From positions 1-40,922 of the forward strand of contig CAZFVN010000033.1 of NCBI GenBank assembly GCA_964522395.1: DNA of 40,922 nucleotides, in the 5' to 3' direction. Positions 1-8,479 of this stretch are shown here, piece by piece. The stretch is from an uncultured Myxococcales bacterium (GTDB lineage Bacteria > Myxococcota_A > UBA9042 > CAIXZC01). Within the stretch, counting starts at the first letter, position 1; each line of letters opens with the position of its first letter. The translations under genes were made by a program, and so were the position numbers. Below the pieces are notes generated by a model. The model was not told the DNA's origin. It searched no databases and was given only the letters and a program-made list of their open reading frames with translations.

Positions 1-795
1 GGTAGCGGAGCGCCCTCCTATGCGAAGGTGGGTACCGAAGATTCCAAAGGTACCAAGGTCTTCGCCCTCGCCGGTAAGATCCAGCGTGGTGGATTGGTTG
101 AAGTGCCCATGGGCACTACCATCAACGAGTTGGTATTGAACGTCGGCGGTGGCGTTCCGGAAGGGCACACCTTCAAGGCTGTCCAGATGGGTGGACCCTC
201 GGGCGGATGCATCCCGGCCAGCATGGGCGACCTCGCCATCGATTATCAGAACATCGTCAAGACCGGCGCCATCATGGGGTCTGGCGGCGTCATCATAATG
301 GACGATACGACCTGCATGGTCGACGTTGCCCGATACTTCCTTTCCTTCACCCAAGCTGAGTCGTGCGGCAAGTGTACTTTCTGTCGCATCGGTACCAAGC
401 GGATGCTCGAGATCCTCGAATCCATTACTGCCGGTGAGGGCAAGGAAGAGGACATCGATACCCTCCTTGACCTCTGTGAGAAGATCAAGGTTTCGACCCT
501 GTGCGGACTAGGACAGACAGCGCCTAACCCGGTCCTCACTACAATCAAGTACTTCCGCGAGGAATATGAAGCCCATATTCGCGATAAGAAGTGCCCCGCT
601 CACAGTTGCAATGCACTGGTCCTCTACAGTGTGCTGCCGGACAAGTGCACCGGTTGTACGCTATGCACCAAGACCTGCCCCGTCGACGCCATCTCCGGGG
701 AGCGCAAAGAATTGCACGTCATCGATCAGGATGCCTGCATTCAGTGCGGTAAGTGCATCACCGTGTGCAACTTCGATGCGATTACCAAAGAGTAG
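1..795 (+). CDS. NADH-binding flavoprotein subunit, NuoF/HndC/HoxF-like (51-kDa family), 5'-truncated by the window edge, with a C-terminal 2x[4Fe-4S] ferredoxin domain
   Basis: Frame 1 is open from nt 1. The translation carries the soluble-ligand-binding and 4Fe-4S (N3) region of NuoF: SCGKCTFCRIGTKRMLEIL, MGSGGVIIMDDTTCMVDVARYF. The C-terminal tail has two CxxCxxCxxxCP motifs (CTGCTLCTKTCPVD, CIQCGKCITVCNFD), as in HndC/HydB-type subunits. It stops at 793-795, 24 nt before the next gene. Confidence 0.85.
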   Translation, partial: GSGAPSYAKVGTEDSKGTKVFALAGKIQRGGLVEVPMGTTINELVLNVGGGVPEGHTFKAVQMGGPSGGCIPASMGDLAIDYQNIVKTGAIMGSGGVIIMDDTTCMVDVARYFLSFTQAESCGKCTFCRIGTKRMLEILESITAGEGKEEDIDTLLDLCEKIKVSTLCGLGQTAPNPVLTTIKYFREEYEAHIRDKKCPAHSCNALVLYSVLPDKCTGCTLCTKTCPVDAISGERKELHVIDQDACIQCGKCITVCNFDAITKE

Positions 796-819
796 AGTAA
801 GCAGTAACGGAGGGTTGAA

Positions 820-3800
820 GTGAAGAAGATTGAACTGACCATCGACGGCAGAAGTATTCAGGCCGAGGCCGGCCAGACCATTCTCGATGTGGTGAAGAGT
901 CAATCGGGTTGGGAAGACCTCATTCCTACCCTGTGCCATGAACCCGAGTTGCCCCCCTACACATCCTGTTTTGTCTGCGTTGTGGAGCAGGAAGGGGTGG
1001 ACAAGTTGTTGCCCGCGTGTAGCACTCCTGCCGGTAACGGCATGGTGCTCCAGACTCGCTCGCCGAGAGTCGAAGCAGCGCGGAAGACCGCCCTCGAACT
1101 ACTCCTCTCGAACCATCCGGCCGACTGTGTTGCCCCATGCAGTCGGGACGAGGGCTGTCCCGCTCGTATCGATGTCCAGACCTATCTCTGGCAGGCTGAA
1201 ACGGGTCAGCATCTGGAGGCCGTCAAGACCATTCGCAAGGTCAACCCCCTGCCCATCGTTTGCGGCCGGGTGTGTGTCCGCCGCTGCGAGGATGTTTGCC
1301 GTCGGGCGATCCTTGATGATCCTGTGGCCATCAATATGGTTAAGCGTCAGGTCTCCGACCACTGGCTCGAGAATCCTTACCAGGAAGTCCCCGCGGCCGA
1401 TTCCGGAAAGCACATTGCCGTCGTCGGTTCGGGGCCGGCTGGTCTTACCGCTGCCTACTACCTACGCATGGCAGGCCACGCGGTGACCATTTATGAAATG
1501 CGGGATAAGCTCGGTGGCATGCTGCGCTGGGGAATTCCCGACTACCGGTTGCCTCAGGATCTTCTCGATTGGGAAATCCAACAGATTCTCGACCTTGGCG
1601 TAAGCGTCAAGCAAGGTGTGGAAGTGGGCAAGGACGTCCTTGTAGACGACTTGCGAAAGGAATTTGACGCACTCTATCTGACCATCGGTGCGCAGTCCGC
1701 GACCTCAGCTCGCATCAAAGGCGAGGACCACCCCGGCGTCCTCTCCGGACTCGACTTCCTCATTGGCGTTAAGCTTGGGAAGGCCGATGAGTATGAGGTC
1801 AAGGGCCGAAACATCGTCGTTGTCGGTGGCGGCAATACGGCCATCGACGCGGCCCGTACTGCGTTACGTCTGGAAGCATCCCATGTCACCATCCTCTATC
1901 GCCGTACTCGCAAAGAAATGCCGGCCAATGTTGAGGAGATCGAGGCTGCGGATCATGAAGGCGTTCGGTTGGAATTCCTCATCGCTCCCATTGGAGTGGA
2001 ATCGGAAGGGGACCAACTTGTCGGCCTGACCTGTCAGAAGATGAAACTTGGCGAACCGGATTCTTCGGGACGTCGGCGACCTGTTCCCGTTGAGAATAGC
2101 GACCATCTTGTCAAATGTGACCTCATTATTGGTGCCATCGGACAGCGTGTAGCTCTGGGCGGCGTGCGTTGCGACGACGCCGAGTTGGCCATTTCACGTT
2201 GGGGTACCATCGTCGCAGACGAATTGACCCAGGCCACCTCGGTACCCGGTGTTTTCGCAGGTGGCGACTGTCTGCTCGGTCCTTCCGTGGCCATCGATGC
2301 CATCGGTCACGGCCGCAGAGCCGCGCTCTCAATCGCCAGGTATTTGGAAGTAGGGGAGCCGGCCCATAATCGACAACCATTCTCCTCTCGCCGGGAGAAC
2401 TTTGGAGAGATCCCGGCAGACGATGTTCCGCCGGCGGAAGCCTATCCCCGAAGTAACCAACCGCACCTGCCTTACAAGGAGGCCATTGCAACTTTTGAAG
2501 AGGCCGAGCTGACGCTCCAGGAGCGAGAGAGTGAGCAAGAGGCCCGGCGCTGCCTGGCCTGCGGTTGTGCCGCCCGCGAGGCTTGTGACCTGCGGGACTT
2601 TGCCGAGGACTATGGCCTTGAAGACAATGTCACCGGCCAGACTCGGCGGCGCAAGACTGACCGCAGCCACCCCCAAATCGTCCTCGATCCCAACAAGTGC
2701 ATACTCTGTACCCGCTGTGTACGCATGTGCGGCGACGTGCTTGGCGTTTCAGCTCTGGGATTAGTCGACCGCGGCTTTGAGACAATCATGCAGCCCGCCA
2801 TGGGCAAAGACCTTGTGGATACCAACTGCATTTCCTGTGGCAACTGCGTTGAAGTTTGCCCCACCGGAGCCCTGACCTTCAGGACCCTGGCCCAGACTGC
2901 TCCGGCCGTCACTGAGGGCGAGACTCTTTGCACCATTTGCCCCGAAATGTGCCCCATTGTCGTGACGCACAACGAATTTGGTACGGCAGTGACGAACATC
3001 CTCAAGCCTAATGGTGCGCGCCACCCCATCTGCAAGAGAGGCCGCTACGAGAATGCGGAAGCATACGAAATGGACCGGGTGGTTGGCCCCATGGTTCGCA
3101 AGGACGGCAAACTTCAGCCTGCGAGCTGGGGCGAAGCGCTGCAGGCCGCGGTGAAAGGTCTGACCGCAGTTGCCGCCGAACATGGTCCAGACGCCCTCCT
3201 CTTCGCTGCCGGCGGCCGACTCGCCAATGAAGAGGCCACCGCGTTCGGGCAGCTTGGCAGGGTGACTTTTGGTGGACGAGTGGGTAGTCTCAGCGTCGCC
3301 CGGGGCGAAGGCGATGCCGTTGGTTTTGCTTCCAATGTGAAGGGTGAAAACCTCCTTGATGCCGAGACTATCGTCGTCGTTGGGGAAGACCCGCTAGAGT
3401 ACACCCCAGTGGCCGCGGCGAGGCTGCGCCGGGCAATGCGCCGCGGTGCTAGCGTCATTGCGCTAACCTCCGCACCAACTCAGGTTACACGACTGGCTAA
3501 GCTCTGGGTGAAGGTTCGCCGCGGTAGCGAATCGACCCTCTTGGGTTGGCTGCAGCGCCGCCTCGCAAAGGACACTGAGAATCTCCCCGAGCAGATTACC
3601 AACTCTGACGACGCGGCATTGGTTTCAAGTTGCGGAATCGAGCCCGAGCAGGCCGAAACACTGCTTGATATGCTTGTGGGTGAAGATTCCCTGGTGGCCA
3701 TGTATGTCCCCGGTCGGCAGGCCGGCAGTGGCGTTGCTGAGAACCTGACACAGACCGTGGCGGCCCTGCGGCCCAGCGGCAACGGCTCGGGTATCCTTGT

Positions 3801-4164
3801 AAGTCGCACTCAGGCCAACGTCGAAGGACTCCTGGAAAGCGGGTTCCTGGGCCGGGAATCTGCCGTGGAAATCCTCGCCCGAGCAGATTCTGGGGCCTTC
3901 CGTGGTGCCTGGCTCCTGGCCGAAGATGCCAAAGCTGCAGCCTCGGCCGTGCGCAACGTCAGCTTCCTGGTGGTCCAATCCACTAATAACGAGGGTCTCG
4001 CCCAGCGTGCCGACGTGCTCCTCCCGGCGACGACAAACCTCGAGACTGGCGGCACTTTCGCCGCCTGGGATGGGCGGCGAGTCACTACCACGCCAGTTCT
4101 ACCGGCAAAGACCGAACAGACAACTCTGGAGACGCTCCAAGCTGCCATGAAGCTCGTGGGGTAG
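820..4164 (+). CDS. Multidomain Fe-S flavoprotein fusion (1114 aa): N-terminal 2Fe-2S ferredoxin (NuoG-like), GltD-like FAD/NAD(P)H oxidoreductase, NuoG/FdhA-like 4Fe-4S clusters, then a truncated, probably non-catalytic molybdopterin-oxidoreductase-like domain
   Basis: GTG start at 820 is preceded by GGAGGG with a 5-nt spacer. Residues 1-90 carry the Cys pattern of a plant-type 2Fe-2S ferredoxin. Residues ~95-520 match glutamate synthase small subunit: CxxxC...CP Fe-S motifs (NHPADCVAPC, VCGRVCVRRCEDVC), an FAD dinucleotide fold (AVVGSGPAGLTAAYYL) and an NADPH fold (IVVVGGGNTAIDAART). Residues ~600-690 carry CILCTRCVRMC and CISCGNCVEVCPTGAL. Residues ~690-1114 open with CTICPEMC...ICKRGR, the Mo-bisPGD-family N-terminal 4Fe-4S motif. 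They resemble Fdh-alpha domains I-III (KDGKLQPASWGEAL, HGPDALLFAAGG) but no Cys/Sec Mo ligand is present and the C-terminal cap domain is missing. Confidence 0.8.
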   Translation: MKKIELTIDGRSIQAEAGQTILDVVKSQSGWEDLIPTLCHEPELPPYTSCFVCVVEQEGVDKLLPACSTPAGNGMVLQTRSPRVEAARKTALELLLSNHPADCVAPCSRDEGCPARIDVQTYLWQAETGQHLEAVKTIRKVNPLPIVCGRVCVRRCEDVCRRAILDDPVAINMVKRQVSDHWLENPYQEVPAADSGKHIAVVGSGPAGLTAAYYLRMAGHAVTIYEMRDKLGGMLRWGIPDYRLPQDLLDWEIQQILDLGVSVKQGVEVGKDVLVDDLRKEFDALYLTIGAQSATSARIKGEDHPGVLSGLDFLIGVKLGKADEYEVKGRNIVVVGGGNTAIDAARTALRLEASHVTILYRRTRKEMPANVEEIEAADHEGVRLEFLIAPIGVESEGDQLVGLTCQKMKLGEPDSSGRRRPVPVENSDHLVKCDLIIGAIGQRVALGGVRCDDAELAISRWGTIVADELTQATSVPGVFAGGDCLLGPSVAIDAIGHGRRAALSIARYLEVGEPAHNRQPFSSRRENFGEIPADDVPPAEAYPRSNQPHLPYKEAIATFEEAELTLQERESEQEARRCLACGCAAREACDLRDFAEDYGLEDNVTGQTRRRKTDRSHPQIVLDPNKCILCTRCVRMCGDVLGVSALGLVDRGFETIMQPAMGKDLVDTNCISCGNCVEVCPTGALTFRTLAQTAPAVTEGETLCTICPEMCPIVVTHNEFGTAVTNILKPNGARHPICKRGRYENAEAYEMDRVVGPMVRKDGKLQPASWGEALQAAVKGLTAVAAEHGPDALLFAAGGRLANEEATAFGQLGRVTFGGRVGSLSVARGEGDAVGFASNVKGENLLDAETIVVVGEDPLEYTPVAAARLRRAMRRGASVIALTSAPTQVTRLAKLWVKVRRGSESTLLGWLQRRLAKDTENLPEQITNSDDAALVSSCGIEPEQAETLLDMLVGEDSLVAMYVPGRQAGSGVAENLTQTVAALRPSGNGSGILVSRTQANVEGLLESGFLGRESAVEILARADSGAFRGAWLLAEDAKAAASAVRNVSFLVVQSTNNEGLAQRADVLLPATTNLETGGTFAAWDGRRVTTTPVLPAKTEQTTLETLQAAMKLVG

Positions 4165-4193
4165 CGGTCACGCGCCGTCGGGCCGTGATTGGC

Positions 4194-5192
4194 TTACTCC
4201 TCTGACTGCCGTTCCTTCTTCTCGTCGATTTTGTCGAGGCGGCGTTCGAAAAGGCGGGCGTAGTCGGTCAGTCCTTTTTCCTTGGCCGCAGAGACGATTT
4301 GCCTGGCCAGTGTGACCAGAGCGGCGCGGTGGAGGTAGAACATCGGGGGGTAATCGAATTCCTCGGGGCAGGCCAGAAGATCGTCGAGGGCGTAGAGCGG
4401 CTTTCCCATTAGCAGGAAGCTCTGGCTGCGATAGAGCAACGCTTTGGGAGAGGTAGCCCCCTGCTCGTTGTGGGCTTGTGAAAAGCTGCCAATGGCCTTG
4501 AGAAGTTGCCCAGCCTTGACGAAAATCCGGCCGCGGGCGACGAATAACTCCGCATCAGGCTCCACAAGCAACTCCGCCTCCACAGCTTCCAGCTCGTCGG
4601 GTCGAGCACGCCGCGGCTTGTCCTGCGACCGACCATGACCAGCTTTGGAGACGATCTGAAAGAGCGTAGCTGCCAATTGACTCAGGACGATATTGTCCTT
4701 CTCAATTCGGGCGAATTCGAGAAGGGGGGCGAGAGTCAGCGGATTGGCAGCTTGACCCAATGCCCAGAGCAGGCATGTGCGTACGTCGCTGTCTGCATCA
4801 CCGAGGTGTCGTAGCAACGCGAAGACTGTCTCCGGCTCATCATGCTCGGCCAGGAGCAGCGCCGCCATTCCTCGCTCCCAGGCATCTGTGGCATCGAGGC
4901 GCCCGACCAATTCGGTCCGGTCCAGGCCCTCCATTTCGTAGTCGACGGGGCGTCCCAGGGGAAGGGTCGGGCGTCGCTCCGCGCGCCAGGTCAGGTCCTC
5001 TTCGGTGAAGCCTGAGAAAGAGGGATCCTCTATGTTCGATATCTCCAGTGCCCGGTCGAGGAGGAACTGCCGCTCCGTTCTAATCGCTTCTGGGTCTTCT
5101 TCACCTGATGAGTAGCTGGTGCCACAGGTAGAGCAGTAGGGACTCCCCGATGTAAGTGGCTGCCGACATTTAAAACATAGCAGTGTCGCCAT
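4194..5192 (-). CDS. Hypothetical cytoplasmic protein with an N-terminal zinc ribbon (CxxC-x8-CxxC) and HEAT/TPR-like helical repeats
   Basis: MATLLCFKCRQPLTSGSPYCSTCG at the N-terminus. The rest is helical repeat-like with a LLWALGQ...PLL HEAT-like motif. A GGAG SD lies upstream. It sits 6 nt downstream of the beta-helix lipoprotein gene, so the two are probably one operon. Confidence 0.6.
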   Translation of the reverse strand: MATLLCFKCRQPLTSGSPYCSTCGTSYSSGEEDPEAIRTERQFLLDRALEISNIEDPSFSGFTEEDLTWRAERRPTLPLGRPVDYEMEGLDRTELVGRLDATDAWERGMAALLLAEHDEPETVFALLRHLGDADSDVRTCLLWALGQAANPLTLAPLLEFARIEKDNIVLSQLAATLFQIVSKAGHGRSQDKPRRARPDELEAVEAELLVEPDAELFVARGRIFVKAGQLLKAIGSFSQAHNEQGATSPKALLYRSQSFLLMGKPLYALDDLLACPEEFDYPPMFYLHRAALVTLARQIVSAAKEKGLTDYARLFERRLDKIDEKKERQSEE

Positions 5193-5198
5193 GAATCC

Positions 5199-7976
5199 TT
5201 ACTCCTCGATGCAAGGCTCCCAGGGTTCAAGAGGGCCGGGGGGGCCATTGCGTCCCCCATTTCCCGTCTGTTCGCCCAGCACATTGTTGCGGTACAGATT
5301 TGTGGCCACCGCGATCTGCGAATTGGCCAACTCCAACCCCCAGCCGCCGTTGCTAAGCAAAGTATTGCCCTGGATCGTCCCTTCCGAATTGAAGCAGGTA
5401 ATTCCCGATTGTTTGCTGTTCACCACGGCATTATAGAGCATCGAGACGAAACTCTGCTGGGCGGCAACTATCCCATCCCCCAATTGCACGGGAGAGGGAT
5501 CTGCCGCCAAGCTTCCCACGACGGTATTTGCTATGTAATTCACACTGATTGTGAGGTCCGAAACCTCGTAGGCCACAATGCCGGCCAGGAGATTGCTGTC
5601 CAGGTAGTTGGCACCGGCACTACCCTCGCTGCCGGAATTAAACCATGCACCAGCACCGCCAATTCCGTCCCCGTTGCCAACGTTCTCGATAAACGCGTTG
5701 CGGCGCAATTCGACCTTCGAGCCATCCACCACTGTTCCGGCCAATCCATTGCCGACAAAGGTGTTATGATTTACTTCCACCTCCGGATGAACCGAATCTT
5801 GAACCACCAGTCCGCCGCCATGTCCCATGATGCCGTTGCTTTCGAAGACATTCTCAGTGATGGTACCCGCAGAATTCTCAAAGAGGGCTCCGGAGTCCTC
5901 ATTGTCGACGAACCAGTTCCCAGAAAGATCGCAATCCGAATCCTTGATGATGGCACCAATGCCCATACTGCCCTTCTTCGCCTGAGTGCCTACGAAGACG
6001 TTGTTGCTCACGGTGCCGACGTTGCTGTTGTCCACGAGAAGCCCCGTACAATAGTTATTCGAGAAGAGGTTGCGGTTGATGCCGTTTTGGAGGTAAGAAC
6101 TCTTTCCCCCCGCAACCAGGATGCCGCCACCGCAGCGACCGTCGTCGTCGGCTTTCGTGTCGGCGATAACGTTCTCCTCAATCCAACCATAAGCATTGTC
6201 GAAGCGGATGCCGAGCCGACGGTTGCCCACCACGGAGTTGCCAAAAATGGTGGCATCAGAACCGTCCACGACGTTTATGCCAGTGCCATAGAGGGAATTG
6301 CCGCTGGGGGAGAGTTGAGTGTCCCCGATGTAGTTGCCCTCGATCTTGACGATGGACCCGGTGGCTAGAATGCCGTTGCGAGTATTGCTGACCACGGTGT
6401 TGCCTTCAAGAAGGATGGGACCCGGATCGCAGTCCTTGATGATGATTCCATCCCCATTCTTCAAGCCCGGGTCTGAGGGGAGGCTTGAGTCGATGCGGTT
6501 CCCCGAGATTGTCCCCTTGCTAGAGACCGCGTTGATGGCGGCATATTGGTTCTCCAGGAAGAGGTTGTCCGTTATCACGAAATCCGCGGCAATGACCTTC
6601 ACGGCCGGTCCGTTCAGGTCATCATAGTCGGTTACCGTTCCAACAATCCTGTTCTGCTTGATTTCGACTACTCCCTCTTCAAAGAGAATGGCGTGGGTCA
6701 TCTTGGTCGAGAAAGAGTTAGCCTCGATGGTCGTCGTCCCCCCAGGGCAGACCGTTACCCAGACGCCCATGGGCGGCAATCCGCCCAACCCGCCGCGGTG
6801 CTTGAACTCGTTGTGATGCACCAGCGGACAGGAATTGGTGGCCTTGATGTCGGCGCCGAGGGTTTTTTCAAATCGGGAGTATGCTACCTCATGGCCACTG
6901 CCATTAAGGATGAAAACCCCGTAGCCACTTTGCGCGTAAGGACCGAGCCCTTCGTAGAGTGACTGCTCAACCACCTCCACATGCTCGATAGAGACATCGT
7001 CACAGTCGTGGAGGTCAATGGCCGCCCCAGAGAGGCCAGAGAACCGCACGTCGTGAATCGTCGAATCGGACGCCTGCAGTAGGAATATTCCCGCGGTGCC
7101 GTTCTTCTCCTCGGCGGCTGAGTCGAGGATCGTGAAACCACCCAGGTTGACTCTGTGGCCAGCCTCAACATAGAAAGCAAAACGACCCGGAAACTCGGAG
7201 TCGGGGGGCTTCTTCTCTATGCCGCCATCGATGGTGACGTACTCCGCGCACTTGCCCACTATCGTTACTGACTTGTCAATGACCAGTCCTCCGGAGTAGG
7301 TTCCGCTGCCCAGTCGCACCGTGCCCCCGTCCGGTACCGCGTCCAGGGCCTCTGTCAAGGTGTTGAAGGGACTTGACTGGCTTCCTGATCCTCCGGCCTG
7401 TGGGTCATCCGCCCACGCATAAACGATGTCGCCGGAGACCTCTTCCGCTCCCCAGGGCAGGTCGAGATTGCCGCAGTCCTTAGCCAAACCTGGGCGCACG
7501 CAGCCTTCGCCGATAATATCAACCTCACCCTCACCACAGTCGGCGTCCACTACGGCGCAGCCACCCGATTCAGGGTCTATGGACCAACCCGCTTCCGGGC
7601 ATGAAGGGATCCCTACTGGAACGCATTCGTCCACAACGTAGACCTCGCCGGCTCCACAACTTTGCGCAGAGACGACGCAACGAAGTTCCCCTTGCAGGAG
7701 GCCGTCAGCGCACTCCTGGATACCGGGAATCAGGCAGCCGTCTGCGCCGAGTACTTGACGCGTTGGGCACTGGCAAGCGCCTTCGATGCAACTCGCACCT
7801 CCGAAACAGCTCTTGCTCACCTCCCAGGACATGCCGTCTGCAGCGCAAATCTCAATACCGGCAGCATCGCCAGTGCACCGCTCGGTTCCGGCAACGCAAA
7901 TTGGCTCTGGTACAATCTCTTCTGGTGAAGAACATCCCAGCGCCAGAATTGCCAACCATAAGCAAAGTAATCTCAT
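5199..7976 (-). CDS. Secreted lipoprotein with a Cys-rich N-terminal region and right-handed parallel beta-helix (pectin-lyase-fold) repeats
   Basis: Signal peptide plus lipobox MRLLCLWLAILALGCSS. About 150 aa are Cys-rich. Then come many ~22-aa N/G/V/I-rich turns (NNVFVGT, GNTVVSN, ITDNLFLEN) typical of the parallel beta-helix. AGGAG SD sits 5 nt before the ATG. Confidence 0.7.
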   Translation of the reverse strand: MRLLCLWLAILALGCSSPEEIVPEPICVAGTERCTGDAAGIEICAADGMSWEVSKSCFGGASCIEGACQCPTRQVLGADGCLIPGIQECADGLLQGELRCVVSAQSCGAGEVYVVDECVPVGIPSCPEAGWSIDPESGGCAVVDADCGEGEVDIIGEGCVRPGLAKDCGNLDLPWGAEEVSGDIVYAWADDPQAGGSGSQSSPFNTLTEALDAVPDGGTVRLGSGTYSGGLVIDKSVTIVGKCAEYVTIDGGIEKKPPDSEFPGRFAFYVEAGHRVNLGGFTILDSAAEEKNGTAGIFLLQASDSTIHDVRFSGLSGAAIDLHDCDDVSIEHVEVVEQSLYEGLGPYAQSGYGVFILNGSGHEVAYSRFEKTLGADIKATNSCPLVHHNEFKHRGGLGGLPPMGVWVTVCPGGTTTIEANSFSTKMTHAILFEEGVVEIKQNRIVGTVTDYDDLNGPAVKVIAADFVITDNLFLENQYAAINAVSSKGTISGNRIDSSLPSDPGLKNGDGIIIKDCDPGPILLEGNTVVSNTRNGILATGSIVKIEGNYIGDTQLSPSGNSLYGTGINVVDGSDATIFGNSVVGNRRLGIRFDNAYGWIEENVIADTKADDDGRCGGGILVAGGKSSYLQNGINRNLFSNNYCTGLLVDNSNVGTVSNNVFVGTQAKKGSMGIGAIIKDSDCDLSGNWFVDNEDSGALFENSAGTITENVFESNGIMGHGGGLVVQDSVHPEVEVNHNTFVGNGLAGTVVDGSKVELRRNAFIENVGNGDGIGGAGAWFNSGSEGSAGANYLDSNLLAGIVAYEVSDLTISVNYIANTVVGSLAADPSPVQLGDGIVAAQQSFVSMLYNAVVNSKQSGITCFNSEGTIQGNTLLSNGGWGLELANSQIAVATNLYRNNVLGEQTGNGGRNGPPGPLEPWEPCIEE

Positions 7977-8006
7977 CGCTACTCCTGCCCTCTACTTCGG
8001 GCCTGA

Positions 8007-8035
8007 TATTCTATGTTAGAGAGGCCGGGATGTCA
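8007..8035 (-). promoter_or_regulatory. Candidate sigma70-like promoter for the beta-helix lipoprotein operon, read on the minus strand as ATGACA-N17-TAGAAT
   Basis: By-eye match in the 112-nt intergenic region upstream of the 7976 start: -10 TAGAAT at 8007-8012 (revcomp) and -35 ATGACA at 8030-8035. Confidence 0.3.
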
Positions 8036-8088
8036 TCCTTTTCGACATTGGCGACGACAGGTGACGATGGGATGGTTGGCGAGAGGTG

Positions 8089-8370
8089 TTACTGCTGTCG
8101 ACTTTTGCGCAGGGTGGGGACATATTCACCGGGGCCGATGTACAGGGTGTTATTACGACGTACAATCTTCACCTGCGCTTTCATCTTGCGACGAACGACG
8201 TAGAGGGCCGTCAACTTGGAGACTGCCTTTCGTTCCGTTTCAAAGGTAAGCTGCATCGCTTCTTTCTCAGCCTTTTTCAACAACATCTGATTCTGGCCGT
8301 AGGGTGCGCGTCGACTCCCGCTCTCGACCAAAGTCTTGAAATCGTCGAGCGATATCTTCTTGATTTCCAC
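8089..8370 (-). CDS. Small basic hypothetical protein (93 aa) in a locally lower-GC stretch
   Basis: GTG start with GGGAG SD 8 nt upstream. The protein is K/R-rich (MEIKKISLDDFKTLVESG...KIVRRNNTLYIGPGEY). An AT-rich promoter-like region (TTGACG ... TATATA/TATAGA) and the imperfect palindrome GGGCCAATGGCCC (8383-8395) lie in its leader. I recognise no domain. Confidence 0.4.
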   Translation of the reverse strand: MEIKKISLDDFKTLVESGSRRAPYGQNQMLLKKAEKEAMQLTFETERKAVSKLTALYVVRRKMKAQVKIVRRNNTLYIGPGEYVPTLRKSRQQ

Positions 8371-8479
8371 TACTGACTCCCTGGGCCAATGGCCCGCATA
8401 TGAAAAGAAAACAAAGCTATACCTCTATATATCGTATAAAAAGTTCCGTCAAGGGGTTTGTTAGGTTTCGGTAGTGATT

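Noticed and set aside
2890-4164. A selenocysteine-containing formate dehydrogenase.
   Set aside because: There is no in-frame TGA in the ORF. The position equivalent to the Mo ligand is Gly/Ser-rich. The domain is also truncated.
4165-4193. A possible terminator hairpin between the convergent fusion-protein gene and the zinc-ribbon gene.
   Set aside because: Only a weak 5-bp stem (TCACG...CGTGA) with an 11-nt loop and no U-tract, so it is not convincing as a Rho-independent terminator.
5409-6368. A 319-aa ORF on the plus strand inside the beta-helix lipoprotein gene. Similar long antisense or alternate-frame ORFs occur at 24230..25657, 25497..26315, 28852..29709, 34056..35135 and 11641..12177.
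   Set aside because: All lie wholly inside longer ORFs that have recognisable domains, signal peptides and good RBSs. Their translations are Arg/Ala/Gly/Pro-rich low-complexity strings typical of wrong-frame reading of high-GC DNA.
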